From positions 85,124 to 149,123 of the forward strand of contig URBZ01000001.1 in NCBI GenBank assembly GCA_900546225.1: a stretch of DNA of 64,000 bases, given 5' to 3'. Below, one piece after another: positions 27,301 through 36,003 of this stretch. A program made the position numbers and the translations under genes. Under the pieces are notes generated by a model. It made no database searches, was not told the origin of the DNA, and saw only the letters and a program-made list of their open reading frames with translations. Position 1 is the stretch's first letter. Every line of letters begins with the position of its first letter. Source of the DNA: an uncultured Rickettsiales bacterium (GTDB lineage Bacteria > Pseudomonadota > Alphaproteobacteria > Rs-D84).

Positions 27301-30082
27301 CGACAAAGTCATCAGTCAGGGCGCATTGGACATCGCGCCAGACGGCAAAACAATCAAACTGGACACCGCAAACGCTGGCACATATTTTGTCCAGATTCTG
27401 GATTCAGCGGAACGCATTTTGGCAAACATAGAATACTTTGTTGCCGGCAATGAAAACAGCGAACTGAAATCAGACACCAACGCCGAACTGAAAATCAAAT
27501 TGTCGTCAAACGCGTTTGCCGCGGGCGACAAAATCGATGTCAGCATTACCGCACCATACACCGGTGCGGGCCTGATTACGATTGAACGCGACCGCGTGTA
27601 TGCTTACAAATGGTTCAACGCCAACACCACAACATCGGTTCAGCAAATCACCCTGCCCGATGGATTCGAAGGAACGGGTTACATCAACGTGTCATTTGTG
27701 CGCAATATCACCAGCCGTGATATATTCACAACACCATACGCGTACGCCGTTGCACCATTTGCGGTTAAAAACGATACCCGCAAAATTGGCGTTAAACTGA
27801 CCACGCCGGACGTCGTGCATGACCATAAATTACCCATTAAATATGAATCAGATCGTGATGCGCGCCTGATGATATTCGCCATAAATACCGGCATTTTACA
27901 GGTTGCAAAATACGACCTGCCCCGTCCACTGGCGTACTTCTTCAAAAAGGCCGCCTTACAGGTTTCCACGTACCAAACACTGTCGCTGTTGTTGCCAGAA
28001 TACAAAATTCTGCGTGAATTTGCAAAAACCGGCGGTGGTGATTTCGAACCAGATATCGACGCCGGCATGACACTCAGCAACCCGTTTGGCCGTCGCACAT
28101 TGCCACCGGTTGCGTTCTATTCGGGGATTATTGATACCAAGGCCGGCAAATCGGGCGAAATCACATTTGATTTGCCAGAATATTTTAACGGCGCGGTGCG
28201 CGTATTTGCGGTTGCCGCAAACAACACCGCCGTGGGCAGTGCGGACGCCAGCGTTCGCGTCCAATCACCGGTTATGATTACACTGTCTGCCCCACTGATG
28301 GCGGCCCCAAACGACACGTTCGACATTGGTGCGGTTATATCAAATCAGGTCACGCACAGTGGCGCAAACGCGACCGCCGACATTTCGCTGTCGACATCGG
28401 ACGGATTGACACCAGCGGCAACAACTGGGAAAATCGCCGTTCCTGAAAATAACGAAAATGTTTTCACGACATCTGTTCGTGTTGGCGACGTGTTGGGCAA
28501 TGCCGACATTAAATTAAAAGCAACAATCAACGGTGCGGACGATGCATCTGGGGTTGCAAATGCAACGGCGGCCCTGTCCGTGCGTCCAATAACAACGTTT
28601 GGAACACGCGTGCACAGTGGCACAATAAATGCCCACACCGCAAAAATCCGTGGATTCCACATTGATATGTATCCGGAATTTTCCGCACGCACACTGTACG
28701 TGTCACCACGCGCAACCGTGCTGGCACGCCCATTGGTTCAGTATCTGGCGCACTATGAATTTCCATGCACAGAACAACTGGTATCGCGCGCATTGCCATA
28801 TGTCGTTGCACCAAACGATGACACGTTGGGAACGAATTTTGATGAATCCAGCGCGAAAATTGCCGATACAATCCGCCAGTTGCAATCGCGTCAGAATATA
28901 AACGGTGCATTTGAATTGTGGGCAACAACCGATAGTTTCCCAATACCTGCGACCGCCACAAACGTCCAGACAACCGCATATGTCGCCCAGTTCTTGACAC
29001 TGGCGCGCGACGCGGGGTTCAATGTACCACAGGATATGTTGGGTCGCGCGATTGGATTCTTGCGTGATTTTGCCGGTGCGCCGATTGAAAGCGACGATGA
29101 TGCTGCGGCGGTTGCGCACGCAATCTTTGTCATAACGCAAAATGATTACATCACAACAAATTACATCAATTTGTTCCAAGAATATACGGACAAAAACATC
29201 AAGAATTGGCAGCGCACGATTTCTGGCGCATACGTCGCCGCCGCATATAAAATGATGAAGCAAGATGATGCGGCGGGCAAACTGATTGCGCAATACCGCA
29301 CCACATCGCCAAAGTTCGAATACGTATCGATGTATGACAATAATGTTGCAAATGACGCAATGTATAGCTTTATCAACCGTCGGTATTTTGATGCCGCGGC
29401 GGACATGCCCGACAGTGTCATAAAATACGTTGCGGGTGGCGATTATTCGTCATACACATCGGCAATGGCAACATTGGCATTGATTGGCGATGCCGCCACA
29501 GCCGCGCCCGCGGTCACAATTTCGGCAAATGATGTGACCATCACGGGCACGACATCGGGCGACACACAGGTTTTTGACATTCCGGCGGACGCCACCACGA
29601 TTGATATCAAGTGCGAAAAATGTGACCGCACGAACGGCCTGTATTACGCATTGGTTCAGACCGGTTATCCACGCGTGGTCACCGAATCCAGCAACGGTAT
29701 TTCCGTATCGCGTGAATATTACAATGAAAACGGTGAACGCATCACGTCCGCAAACATCGGTGACAGAATCACGGTTCGCATCTTTGCCCGCGCACGTGGT
29801 GGCGACGTAATCCCAAGCGTTGCAATCACCGATTTACTGCCGGCGGGATTTTCTGTTGAGGCCGCGGTCACGGGCGACCAGAACTTTGCCCAGATTCGCG
29901 AAGATCGTGTTGTGATATTCACCGACCTGACGCGTGCATCGGCAACATTTGAATATACCGCCGACGTCACCGCCGCGGGCACATTCAGTGTTCCACCAAT
30001 TCACGCCGAATCCATGTATAATCCATCGGTAAATGCAACCGGTGTGATCGGCACATTCACGGTTTCAAATGGTGAAAAATAA
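24353..30082 (+). CDS. yfhM: bacterial alpha-2-macroglobulin (YfhM/ECAM-like) with intact thioester
   Basis: 1909 aa. N-terminal membrane anchor. Thioester motif CTEQ at 28766-28777. Followed by overlapping pbpC. Confidence 0.85.
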   Translation: MATKQYRKNTKNPKRKLFSIRKIALVACAIAIIAGAFAFIALRRGDNAATKMHTTFNTPTAATFTDTNNVMFTSDNIPDVNNARTLGRIQPLVISYNWTSGPYNQAVRPDATNNDITAGTKISPFVRGTWTLRGGGDELAFTPDTDWPADTRFTVRVADNLVNSDVAIDDKTISFTTPRITATVDSFNLYPAPSAKKSVIGVAVISFNYPIITTEFNDKLTVKLDGAKLDFTVKFDKFRRTAIITTAPVQITNTDQIIRLKLNRVSPAAGNGATQKLTAHTTVAAADNIFKVSEITTTAADDKNGNAQQLVLVNMTATAASNTDWGKYVEIYLLPEYKTDDEKSDETPHQWADDEITPDVIARAKKIQTKLVPFVNPTGVYQYAFSYDVSAANRFIFVRVASGFESASGFFVKNGASRVLSVAYPVRTVKIAGSGALLSLAGDKKLGIMARGGATAAYVNLSKVKSSEINHLISQTYNIFAENIEFKGWSFGVDDMAVVFRKTIPFSDPSMTKTNYASIDLGAYLDRTGVDKTGIFVIQVAPDATAAQYSDRRLILLTNLGIIRKENQNNSSTLFVVNLSDGTPAADTEINVLGRNGNAVWAGRTDDDGHADIPELSWNEYRDAREPVAIVARRGDDVSFIPYNATAPMVDYSKFDVDGEHYYGATPLNAFVFTDRGIYRAGEDMVAAGIVKNKSFKALAGIPVRAEITDPRGRDALTKTFTLAGDGMFDIKYTIPATAATGEWQVRLYSLDNRGRIDTSLGVATFRVADFVPDNMKITTIIAGGDTDGWIGIDGIRANVSLRNLFGTAATDKRITASATLTPTNFTFDAFPDYIFTPNFISGTGLADGTARASQTFTANMPDAHTDENGAATISINFDDVIPDGTYMLKLTTAGFESASGRSVRTTTTARVSNAKYLVGYHADGDLKYIARGASRNVKLVAVDHTGAVATADNLTIRTVHRENLTSLVKDYSGYYKYQTVTRDKVISQGALDIAPDGKTIKLDTANAGTYFVQILDSAERILANIEYFVAGNENSELKSDTNAELKIKLSSNAFAAGDKIDVSITAPYTGAGLITIERDRVYAYKWFNANTTTSVQQITLPDGFEGTGYINVSFVRNITSRDIFTTPYAYAVAPFAVKNDTRKIGVKLTTPDVVHDHKLPIKYESDRDARLMIFAINTGILQVAKYDLPRPLAYFFKKAALQVSTYQTLSLLLPEYKILREFAKTGGGDFEPDIDAGMTLSNPFGRRTLPPVAFYSGIIDTKAGKSGEITFDLPEYFNGAVRVFAVAANNTAVGSADASVRVQSPVMITLSAPLMAAPNDTFDIGAVISNQVTHSGANATADISLSTSDGLTPAATTGKIAVPENNENVFTTSVRVGDVLGNADIKLKATINGADDASGVANATAALSVRPITTFGTRVHSGTINAHTAKIRGFHIDMYPEFSARTLYVSPRATVLARPLVQYLAHYEFPCTEQLVSRALPYVVAPNDDTLGTNFDESSAKIADTIRQLQSRQNINGAFELWATTDSFPIPATATNVQTTAYVAQFLTLARDAGFNVPQDMLGRAIGFLRDFAGAPIESDDDAAAVAHAIFVITQNDYITTNYINLFQEYTDKNIKNWQRTISGAYVAAAYKMMKQDDAAGKLIAQYRTTSPKFEYVSMYDNNVANDAMYSFINRRYFDAAADMPDSVIKYVAGGDYSSYTSAMATLALIGDAATAAPAVTISANDVTITGTTSGDTQVFDIPADATTIDIKCEKCDRTNGLYYALVQTGYPRVVTESSNGISVSREYYNENGERITSANIGDRITVRIFARARGGDVIPSVAITDLLPAGFSVEAAVTGDQNFAQIREDRVVIFTDLTRASATFEYTADVTAAGTFSVPPIHAESMYNPSVNATGVIGTFTVSNGEK

Positions 30083-32465
30083 CAAATGGTTTAACCGCAT
30101 TACGCAACATATACGTCGTCACAAAACGACGTATATTTGCATATTCGGGCTGGTTGTGGTGTATTGGGCCGTCCGCCTGTTTTTTATTCCACCCCTGTTA
30201 TCAGACACACATTTTTCCCGCGCGTATTATGACCGTAATGGCACGCTGATGCGCATGACACTGACGGCGGACGACAAATACCGTCTGTTCACACCGTTGG
30301 ACGAAATCAGTCCGGACGTCGTCCGCGCCACCGTATTATACGAAGATAAATATTTCTGGTATCACCCAGGGGTAAATCCCATATCACTGGCGACCGCCAC
30401 ACTAAATTGGGCACGTGGCGTACCCCACCCCGCGGGCGCATCCACCATCACGATGCAGGTTGCACGAATGCTGTACGGCTTGGACACACGGCGTGCGGGC
30501 GGAAAACTGGCACAGATTGCCGCAGCAATTTATATCGACGCATTTCATTCAAAACGCGAAATCTTGCAAGCATATTTGAATTTAGCACCATATGGCGGCA
30601 ACATAGAGGGCATTGGTGCCGCATCAATAATTTACTTTCAACGCCACGCGCATGACATCAGCACGATTGAGGCAATCACCCTGTCCACCATTCCCCAAAA
30701 TCCTGTAAAGCGCGGTTTGAATACCGAAACCGGTATGCGCAACATTATGACAATGCGCGCTGATTTGGTTCGGCGTTGGATTGCGGCATACGGCGATGAT
30801 GGCGACCTGATGACATTGGCGGCAATGCCACTGAACGTGCACGGTACGCGCGATTTGCCATTCCATGCCCCACATTTTACCCAGCGCGAAATCACACGCC
30901 ACAGTAATTACTGGGCGGACATTGGCCCACACAATTCATACGTTACAACAACACTGGACATCAATTTACAGAAACAACTGGAACGGACACTGACCGCCCA
31001 GATTGATGCGCAACGCAGTCGTGGCGTAACAAACGCCGCCGCAATATTGGTCAATTATAAAACGATGGAAATTTTGTCCTATATCGGTTCGGCTGATTAT
31101 TTTGATAAATCAATTTATGGCGAAAACGATGGCGTACTGGCACGACGCAGTCCGGGGTCAACACTGAAACCACTGATATATGCCGCCGCCGCCGACCGCG
31201 GTCTGATTCACGGTATGACACTGCTGCGCGATGCAAAAATCAACTTTGGCGTGTACGCACCAGAAAATTCAGACAGCGAATTTTACGGCCCAGTATTGGC
31301 GCACACGGCACTGACGCATTCGCGCAACATTCCCGCAATAAATCTGGTGCGGGGAATTGGCGTACGAAACTTCTATGATTTGCTGGCCAAATACGGCATC
31401 GATAACCTGAAATCCCCAGATCATTATGGTATTTCCATCGCACTGGGCGGTGCCGAGGTGTCAATGTTTGAACTGGCACAAATATATACAGGTCTTGCCA
31501 ATCTGGGGGGCAAATACGACATTCGTTCGGAATTGTCCGCCCCAATGCGACATGACGCACAAATCCTGTCGCCAGAGGCAAACTTTCTGGTTCTGGACAT
31601 GTTGGCACGCGGGGCCGCGCCAACAACGCACATTCCATTTACCAAGCGCACCACGTCCCCCATACGACACTATTGGAAAACAGGCACATCATCATCATTT
31701 CGTGATGCATGGACGGCGGGAATATTTGGCGACTATGTTTTAATCGTGTGGGTTGGGAATTTTGACGGCACACCAAACAACGCTTTCTCGGGCGCACGCG
31801 TTGCCGCGCCAATCTATTTCGCATTAGCGGACACCGTCATAAAATACGATGCCGCACGCGGGCGACCGGTTCAGAATAATAATTTCCTGCGAGATGACAT
31901 GAACATTGCCCAAATTGATATGTGCGATGGCGTGGGCGGTATTGCCGGCCCATATTGCCCGCATGTCGTGAAATCGTACTTTATCCCCGGCGTGTCACCC
32001 ATTGACACGTCCAGTGTATATCGCGCAGTTCCGATTGATAACCGCACAGGTCTGCGCGCGTGCAATGCAAATCCAAACACAACACACATGGCGGTGTATG
32101 AATTTTGGGATTCTGAATTTCTGGACATGTTTGTGCGCGCTGGCATTCACCGCAACACCCCGCCCCCATACATGCCGAATTGCAATCTGGACGATATTAC
32201 GGACGACGCGACACCAACCATCGTCAGCCCCGCCGATGCGACGAACATAGTTATTACCGATGGGGGCACAGCGGCCCAAATCACATTTCAGGCAATCGCA
32301 CCAACGCGCGATGCAAAAATATTCTGGTTCTTGGACGATGAAATTATCGGCACAACCACGTCCGGCGCACCAATGACGCACACCGTTCCAATGGGTGAAC
32401 ACATTGTGCGCATTGCCACCAGCGATGGCGGCGGCAGTTCCGCGAAATTCACGGTTATTCAGTAA
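30069..32465 (+). CDS. pbpC: penicillin-binding protein 1C (transglycosylase/transpeptidase)
   Basis: GT51 N-terminal region (YEDKYFWYHPGV). Transpeptidase motifs. 14-nt overlap with the alpha-2-macroglobulin gene. Confidence 0.85.
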   Translation: MVKNNKWFNRITQHIRRHKTTYICIFGLVVVYWAVRLFFIPPLLSDTHFSRAYYDRNGTLMRMTLTADDKYRLFTPLDEISPDVVRATVLYEDKYFWYHPGVNPISLATATLNWARGVPHPAGASTITMQVARMLYGLDTRRAGGKLAQIAAAIYIDAFHSKREILQAYLNLAPYGGNIEGIGAASIIYFQRHAHDISTIEAITLSTIPQNPVKRGLNTETGMRNIMTMRADLVRRWIAAYGDDGDLMTLAAMPLNVHGTRDLPFHAPHFTQREITRHSNYWADIGPHNSYVTTTLDINLQKQLERTLTAQIDAQRSRGVTNAAAILVNYKTMEILSYIGSADYFDKSIYGENDGVLARRSPGSTLKPLIYAAAADRGLIHGMTLLRDAKINFGVYAPENSDSEFYGPVLAHTALTHSRNIPAINLVRGIGVRNFYDLLAKYGIDNLKSPDHYGISIALGGAEVSMFELAQIYTGLANLGGKYDIRSELSAPMRHDAQILSPEANFLVLDMLARGAAPTTHIPFTKRTTSPIRHYWKTGTSSSFRDAWTAGIFGDYVLIVWVGNFDGTPNNAFSGARVAAPIYFALADTVIKYDAARGRPVQNNNFLRDDMNIAQIDMCDGVGGIAGPYCPHVVKSYFIPGVSPIDTSSVYRAVPIDNRTGLRACNANPNTTHMAVYEFWDSEFLDMFVRAGIHRNTPPPYMPNCNLDDITDDATPTIVSPADATNIVITDGGTAAQITFQAIAPTRDAKIFWFLDDEIIGTTTSGAPMTHTVPMGEHIVRIATSDGGGSSAKFTVIQ

Positions 32466-32499
32466 TTACGCTGTTACACATTGCCGCGGCCGCAGCATA

Positions 32500-33363
32500 T
32501 TACATCAGATTAAATTTGTTGATATAGTTAAATGAAACGCCCATCATAAAATTGCTGCCATAGACGTCCGCACCGCGTGCCTTGGCCAGACGATATTTCA
32601 CATATGGGCCCATGGTCAGATTTCCCCACAGGTTTGTATCCAACCGCACAACCGCCGACAAATCGCGACGCAAATCGGTTGGCACATAATCAGAATATTC
32701 AAAGTATTCACGATAATACCCGTTGGTGGTGAACTTTACCCCATCGCGAATTTCATATTCAGCGCGCCAGCCGGCCTCCATACCGTCCTTGCTGGTCTGC
32801 GCGCCCGCGTATGTAAAGTCGTATTCGTACAGACCTGTGACATACAGCGTCTTCAAAATCTTGTGATCAAACAATGAAATACCGGCACTGGTACGAATAA
32901 TATTCTGGCGCGGGGCGTCCGAATTATCGCGGAATTGCGTATCATATGCACCACGAACCGTTGGGCCCAGTTTCAGCCCCACAAAATCCCAACATGCGTA
33001 TGACAAATCACTGGACAGCGTGATTTTATCGGCATTTTGGTCGGTTGTGGTTGGCCCATTATACGGGCGCAATGTCGTACGGCCGTATTCGGCAAACAAG
33101 CCATTGTCCCATTTGAATTTGTTTTTGTTATATTCCAAAACCGTGTCCAATACGCCCTTGATATAATCCTGACTGGACGCATTCAAGGCCGACACCGGTG
33201 AATCTGCATATTCGCGCGCATTAGAAACCGTTGTTTTTGACAATTCCAACCCGATACGACGCACATCCAGCTTTAACGTCTGGTTCGACGCCGGTGCATC
33301 ATCGGCAAATGCCGCGCACGGCATGATAAACAGCCCCAATAAAACCGCAGATAATTTTTTCAA
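32500..33363 (-). CDS. putative outer-membrane beta-barrel protein
   Basis: Signal peptide. Alternating aromatic/hydrophilic pattern. No named domain. Confidence 0.5.
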   Translation of the reverse strand: MKKLSAVLLGLFIMPCAAFADDAPASNQTLKLDVRRIGLELSKTTVSNAREYADSPVSALNASSQDYIKGVLDTVLEYNKNKFKWDNGLFAEYGRTTLRPYNGPTTTDQNADKITLSSDLSYACWDFVGLKLGPTVRGAYDTQFRDNSDAPRQNIIRTSAGISLFDHKILKTLYVTGLYEYDFTYAGAQTSKDGMEAGWRAEYEIRDGVKFTTNGYYREYFEYSDYVPTDLRRDLSAVVRLDTNLWGNLTMGPYVKYRLAKARGADVYGSNFMMGVSFNYINKFNLM

Positions 33364-33388
33364 CCCATCACCTTTTGATATTTAATAA

Positions 33389-34003
33389 TTATTTCCAAAT
33401 GCGCAAAACGCCATCACTATCAGAATAACGCCAGCCCGCCCCGCGCACCGCCGCCGTAAATTCACCACGACGTGCCACAGGCAGTTCAATCGTAACCTGA
33501 CCGTTATTCATATACTTGGTCGACAAATCCAATTTTTCATTGCGGGCAATTTCCTGTAATCCAATCCAATCCGCAATCGGGTCAGACACATATGCCACAA
33601 CGACAAATTTGTCCCCAGACGTATCGTCCGGCAACCAATTCTGAACCCCCGCCGCATTCAGCCACGTGCGCGCCAAACCGCGGTCAATCGTCATTGTGAT
33701 ATTTGCCGAATACGTTGTGTCCGATTGCCGTTCCCCCGAAATTTCAGACGACGCAATCAGATTAGTCAATTCGCTGTTCTTGGCGTCTGCCACCGCGGCG
33801 CGCAACTGATCTGGCATGGAATAGTGTGACAAACTGTCGACAATGATTTGACGACGGGCCTCGTCCATGGCGATGTTTTTCGCCGACGCGGACGTATCAC
33901 TGGTAATACTGACCGATGCCGTTCCCGACAATTCGGCGGCATGTGCCGAAATTCCCGACAACGCCAACACAGCCCCAGCAAAAATAATCCCCAGTTTTTT
34001 CAT
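33389..34003 (-). CDS. hypothetical periplasmic protein
   Basis: Signal peptide MKKLGIIFAGAVLALSGISAHA. Confidence 0.5.
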   Translation of the reverse strand: MKKLGIIFAGAVLALSGISAHAAELSGTASVSITSDTSASAKNIAMDEARRQIIVDSLSHYSMPDQLRAAVADAKNSELTNLIASSEISGERQSDTTYSANITMTIDRGLARTWLNAAGVQNWLPDDTSGDKFVVVAYVSDPIADWIGLQEIARNEKLDLSTKYMNNGQVTIELPVARRGEFTAAVRGAGWRYSDSDGVLRIWK

Positions 34004-34022
34004 ATCACACTACCATTTCCAA

Positions 34023-35552
34023 TCAGAACTTTGCATTGACACCAACGCGAATACCCATTGATTTATAGAACGATTTAACCTCGCTCTTGACACTGCATGT
34101 CCAACCTGGGCAACTTTCTTTTAATGCCATAATCGAACGTGCGGCGGCACTGCCGGCCAGCATTTCTTCGTCCGACGAGAAACCTGTACCATAATTTACC
34201 TCGTACCCATTGACGGTATACGTACCACCGTTTTTGATACGTGACAATTCGGTTTCGTAATAATTGGCATTCAGATACGTTTTCGCGTCCGCATCACTGA
34301 CACTGTAATAATCATATGTCAGCCCCAGTGTCAAGAATACAGTATCCGTCAATGCTGTCAACCAATTTGCGCCCAATCCCAAATGATACGCACTGCCCAT
34401 GCTGGCCTTGTCTTCGACACTCTTTGGGTGTGCCCAGTCATAACGGTACGGCTGGTCACCGGTTGATGTGTACCCCGGCAACCCCAGTTCAAAACGACCA
34501 TTGACGGCATTTTTATTGTTGATTTGGTAATCCATATCCATCGCCAAATATGGGCCTGACCATTCAACCTCGTACGAATGGCTGACCGATGGTTGTGAAT
34601 AATAGAATGTCCCCGCGGTATTCACCAACGTTGCCCCCGCAGGCACTTGGATATAGTTATATGGATTATCACGTGTTGGCACAGAACTGATATTGCCGAT
34701 TGGGAAAATCAGAACCGGATCACATTGCGTTTCGCCATTGATATTGAAACAAGTATAAGAATCCACCGCCAAACCGTGGTTATTCTTGGTTTCCAATTTA
34801 TATTTCAAATAGCGATACCCAATCGATGGTGTGAATTTCACCGACCCCAGTTGAAAGAAATCAGTCAACCCAAATCCGGCGTTAAACCCGTACATATTGC
34901 CGCCATCGCTTTTACCCACAGACAGCGCATGTCCGTCCTGAGTTCCCGTGATTTCTTCGCCATCATCGTATTGACCGTTGCCGTTTGCATCGACAAAGAA
35001 GATATCGGAAATATACCCGCCATTGGTGATATCGTCGTCGACCATGGTGTTTTCACCGGACTGCATTCCATACTTGAATCCGGCATCAATTTGCATCTTG
35101 GTCTTGCCGGCATTAAATGCATAACCACCACGAACGTCCAGAACATTCCAGCCAACATTGTCATAGTGCAAAATCGATTTGGATTCTTTCATTTCGAATT
35201 GCCATTGGGCAACCTCGTGCGAGATACCGGCATCCAGCCAAAATCCCTGCTTTTTTGTGCTGCTGGTGGCAACCTGTGATGCGTTTTGCGACTGACCGCG
35301 TGCCACGGTTGTTTGTGTTGTACGCGTACCAACCGTTGGACGCGACGTAGAATACGACGCATACGACGAACCCGCAGTATTGTAATTTCTGGTCTGGGTC
35401 GTATTGTTATAACGTGACGCATACGATTGCGTGGAATAGCGCGTCTGGGGCGACTGATAGTTGCCGGTGTAATAAGTTCCGGCGGCATTTGCCGCAACAG
35501 GCACAGCGGCCACAATCGCCGCGCGCAACAAAAACGATGGAAACTTTGCCAT
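34023..35552 (-). CDS. outer-membrane beta-barrel protein/porin candidate with N-terminal Y/S/T/Q/N-rich low-complexity region
   Basis: Signal peptide (start at MAKFPSF). C-terminal ...GVNAKF. About 80-aa low-complexity region after the signal. Confidence 0.55.
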   Translation of the reverse strand: MAKFPSFLLRAAIVAAVPVAANAAGTYYTGNYQSPQTRYSTQSYASRYNNTTQTRNYNTAGSSYASYSTSRPTVGTRTTQTTVARGQSQNASQVATSSTKKQGFWLDAGISHEVAQWQFEMKESKSILHYDNVGWNVLDVRGGYAFNAGKTKMQIDAGFKYGMQSGENTMVDDDITNGGYISDIFFVDANGNGQYDDGEEITGTQDGHALSVGKSDGGNMYGFNAGFGLTDFFQLGSVKFTPSIGYRYLKYKLETKNNHGLAVDSYTCFNINGETQCDPVLIFPIGNISSVPTRDNPYNYIQVPAGATLVNTAGTFYYSQPSVSHSYEVEWSGPYLAMDMDYQINNKNAVNGRFELGLPGYTSTGDQPYRYDWAHPKSVEDKASMGSAYHLGLGANWLTALTDTVFLTLGLTYDYYSVSDADAKTYLNANYYETELSRIKNGGTYTVNGYEVNYGTGFSSDEEMLAGSAAARSIMALKESCPGWTCSVKSEVKSFYKSMGIRVGVNAKF

Positions 35553-35647
35553 ATAAAAATCCTTACCTTTATTACTTTTACGCATATAATATCACAAAAA
35601 CGGTTGAAAAACAAACCACTTGTTGATAAGAATATGGTTGTTTTTCG

Positions 35648-35732
35648 GCGGGCATGGCGGAATTGGTATACGCGCAGCACTAAGGATGCTGTGGTGCAAA
35701 CCTTGGGGGTTCAAGTCCCCCTGCCCGCACCA
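35648..35732 (+). tRNA. tRNA-Leu, type II (long variable arm), anticodon loop CUAAGGA (anticodon reads AAG)
   Basis: Folded by eye: 7-bp acceptor stem, 3-bp D stem, anticodon stem CAGCA/UGCUG, 13-nt variable arm, T arm GGGGG/CCCCC, discriminator A, encoded CCA. Confidence 0.75.
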
Positions 35733-35742
35733 GAAAAACTTC

Positions 35743-35941
35743 AAAGTTCAGAGTGCAGAGTTCAAAGTTCAAATAATGTGCGCGCTTCGCGCAACACCTA
35801 CTCACTGGATTGCCACGCGTCGCTACGCTTGCTCGCAATGACAGAGATTCTAGAACGACTGTCATTGCGAGTGTAACGAAGCAATCCAGTAAATAAAACA
35901 GTGCGCCATTTGGCGCACACATTATTTGCACTCTGAACTTT
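35743..35941. mobile_element. MITE-like composite palindromic element flanked by perfect 14-bp inverted repeats, immediately 3' of tRNA-Leu
   Basis: aaagttcagagtgc (35743-35756) and gcactctgaacttt (35928-35941) flank copy A (35804-35843), the ttctagaa centre, copy B (35860-35890) and the gtgcgccatttggcgcac hairpin. Confidence 0.5.
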
Positions 35942-36003
35942 AATAAAAACCTGTTTTTTCACTTGCCCGCAATTTCATTATTTTGCTAAGATTATTGACA
36001 AGA

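Noticed and set aside
28703-29293. 196-aa minus-strand ORF and other antisense ORFs inside 24353..30082
   Set aside because: They sit inside the alpha-2-macroglobulin coding region. They have no RBS or signal features and are antisense shadows.
35427-35876. 149-aa plus-strand ORF spanning tRNA-Leu, and similar ORFs 20008..20445 and 60842..61105
   Set aside because: These ORFs are generated by the palindromic repeat elements (recurring peptide LDCHASLR.LAMTEILER). One overlaps a tRNA gene. They are not genes.
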